64,000 nt of DNA from Actinomycetes bacterium (GTDB lineage Bacteria > Actinomycetota > Acidimicrobiia > IMCC26256 > PALSA-610): the NCBI GenBank assembly GCA_025463875.1, contig JAODBI010000225.1, positions 1,222 through 65,221 on the forward strand, read 5' to 3'. Each line of letters starts with the position of its first letter. Position 1 is the first letter of the stretch. This document shows positions 63,159 to 64,000 of the stretch, one piece after another. The notes below the pieces were generated by a model. That model was not told where the DNA came from. It was given only the letters and a program-made list of their open reading frames with translations, and ran no database searches. A program made the translations under genes and the position numbers.

Positions 63159-63990
63159 CGAGCGTCCTCGCGGTCTTGTCCGACAACGGGTCGACGATAC
63201 GGCTCGACCGGCCCGTCGTCATCAGGTCGACGACGATCTGCGGATCCAGCTCGGCCACCGGGCGTTGCGCGACCAGCTCCCCGAGGCGCAGCACGGCGAT
63301 CCGATCGGCGACCTCGAACACGTCGTTCATGTTGTGCGAGACGATGATCACGCCGAGTCCGCGGTCGGCGAGGCTCCGGACGAGACGGAGCACCATTTCG
63401 GTCTGGGCGACCCCGAGTGCGGCGGTCGGCTCGTCCATGATCACGAGCATCGAGTTCCAGAGCACGGCCTTCGCGATCGCGACCGCCTGACGCTGGCCCC
63501 CGGAGAGCGACGCCACGAGTTGACGGACGGAGCTCACCGTGGTGACGGCCAAGCTCTGCAGCGTTTTCGCCGCGGCCTGCTCCATGGCGTCCTCGGCAAG
63601 TATGAGTCGCCGCGTTATCTCCCGCCCGAGGAACATGTTCTCGGCGATGTCGAGGTTGTCGCAGAGGGCGAGATCCTGGTGGACAGTCTCGATGCCGAGC
63701 GCGGCGGCGGCGCGCGGACTCCGGATGTGCACCGGCTTGCCCTTCCATAGGATCTGACCGGAGTCGGGGGTGTGGATCCCGGAGATGCACTTGATGAGCA
63801 CCGACTTGCCCGCGCCGTTGTCGCCGACGAGCGCTGTCACCTGTCCGGCCGGTATCTCGAGGTCGATCTGGTGGAGCGCGCGCACGGCCCCGAAACTCTT
63901 GCTGACGTTGCGCAGGTGGAGGAGCGGGATCGCGTCGGCTGCGGGCACATTCCGTGGTTCGACCGGCGCGGTGCCGACGTCGGTGCTCAC
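63145..63990 (-). CDS. Sugar ABC transporter ATP-binding protein (single-cassette, FrcA-like)
   Basis: 281 aa. Walker A GDNGAGKS, signature LSGGQRQAVAIAKAV, Walker B LVIMDEPTAALG, H-loop SHNM. It overlaps the permease start by 14 nt. Confidence 0.93.
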   Translation of the reverse strand: MSTDVGTAPVEPRNVPAADAIPLLHLRNVSKSFGAVRALHQIDLEIPAGQVTALVGDNGAGKSVLIKCISGIHTPDSGQILWKGKPVHIRSPRAAAALGIETVHQDLALCDNLDIAENMFLGREITRRLILAEDAMEQAAAKTLQSLAVTTVSSVRQLVASLSGGQRQAVAIAKAVLWNSMLVIMDEPTAALGVAQTEMVLRLVRSLADRGLGVIIVSHNMNDVFEVADRIAVLRLGELVAQRPVAELDPQIVVDLMTTGRSSRIVDPLSDKTARTLDDQG

Positions 63991-64000
63991 GATGCGATCC

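Noticed and set aside
1-64000. Scan for rRNA, tRNA (T-loop GGTTCGAATCC-like motifs), transposase, integrase or phage genes, cas genes and reverse transcriptases.
   Set aside because: I recognised none by eye. This is a manual scan without tRNAscan, Infernal or HMM tools, so small ncRNAs and riboswitches could have been missed.

Overview
Very GC-rich DNA with strong GC3 bias, consistent with an actinobacterial chromosome. It is densely coding: about 65 protein genes, most in operons joined by 4-nt start/stop overlaps. I recognised no rRNA, tRNA, CRISPR array, transposase, integrase or phage gene. All family calls come from reading motifs in the translations; no search was run.

Left to right:
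- a DUF2786 protein, a GAF-GGDEF-EAL protein and an S8 peptidase with an (SSWNG)n tail
- small housekeeping genes (alpha/beta hydrolase, DUF427, RpiR)
- a cell-envelope block (9.9-25.4 kb): small membrane protein plus uppP, a six-gene lipoprotein / MacB-FtsX ABC operon, two OmpR/HK pairs, DedA, GDPD and PAP2
- two lipoprotein sulfatases flanking a molybdopterin oxidoreductase
- a MerR-controlled oxidoreductase/kinase/methyltransferase operon
- MMPL/MarR, DinB, LuxR and SnoaL genes
- a MEDS-kinase / GAF-ANTAR / STAS module
- VOC genes
- a nitroreductase plus XDH-family (2Fe-2S/FAD/Mo) operon followed by a large membrane protein
- a pair of small coupled ORFs, then MFS/MmyB
- a REC-DHp / hybrid HK / REC-EAL signalling cluster
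- an orphan solute-binding protein and the start of a sugar ABC operon

Most unusual observations:
- A 13-bp tandem array (9 perfect copies plus decaying ones). Each unit mimics the Shine-Dalgarno and ATG of the downstream small-membrane-protein/uppP start, and the units form a chain of ATGA-coupled 9-codon mini-ORFs.
- Undecaprenyl-phosphate-cycle functions (uppP, PAP2, DedA) clustered with a MacB-type exporter linked to a two-component system, which carries beta-propeller lipoproteins.
- A Trp-containing pentapeptide repeat tail on a subtilase.
- A partner-switching-like module with an ANTAR output and no sigma factor.
- Several gene remnants marking rearrangement scars.
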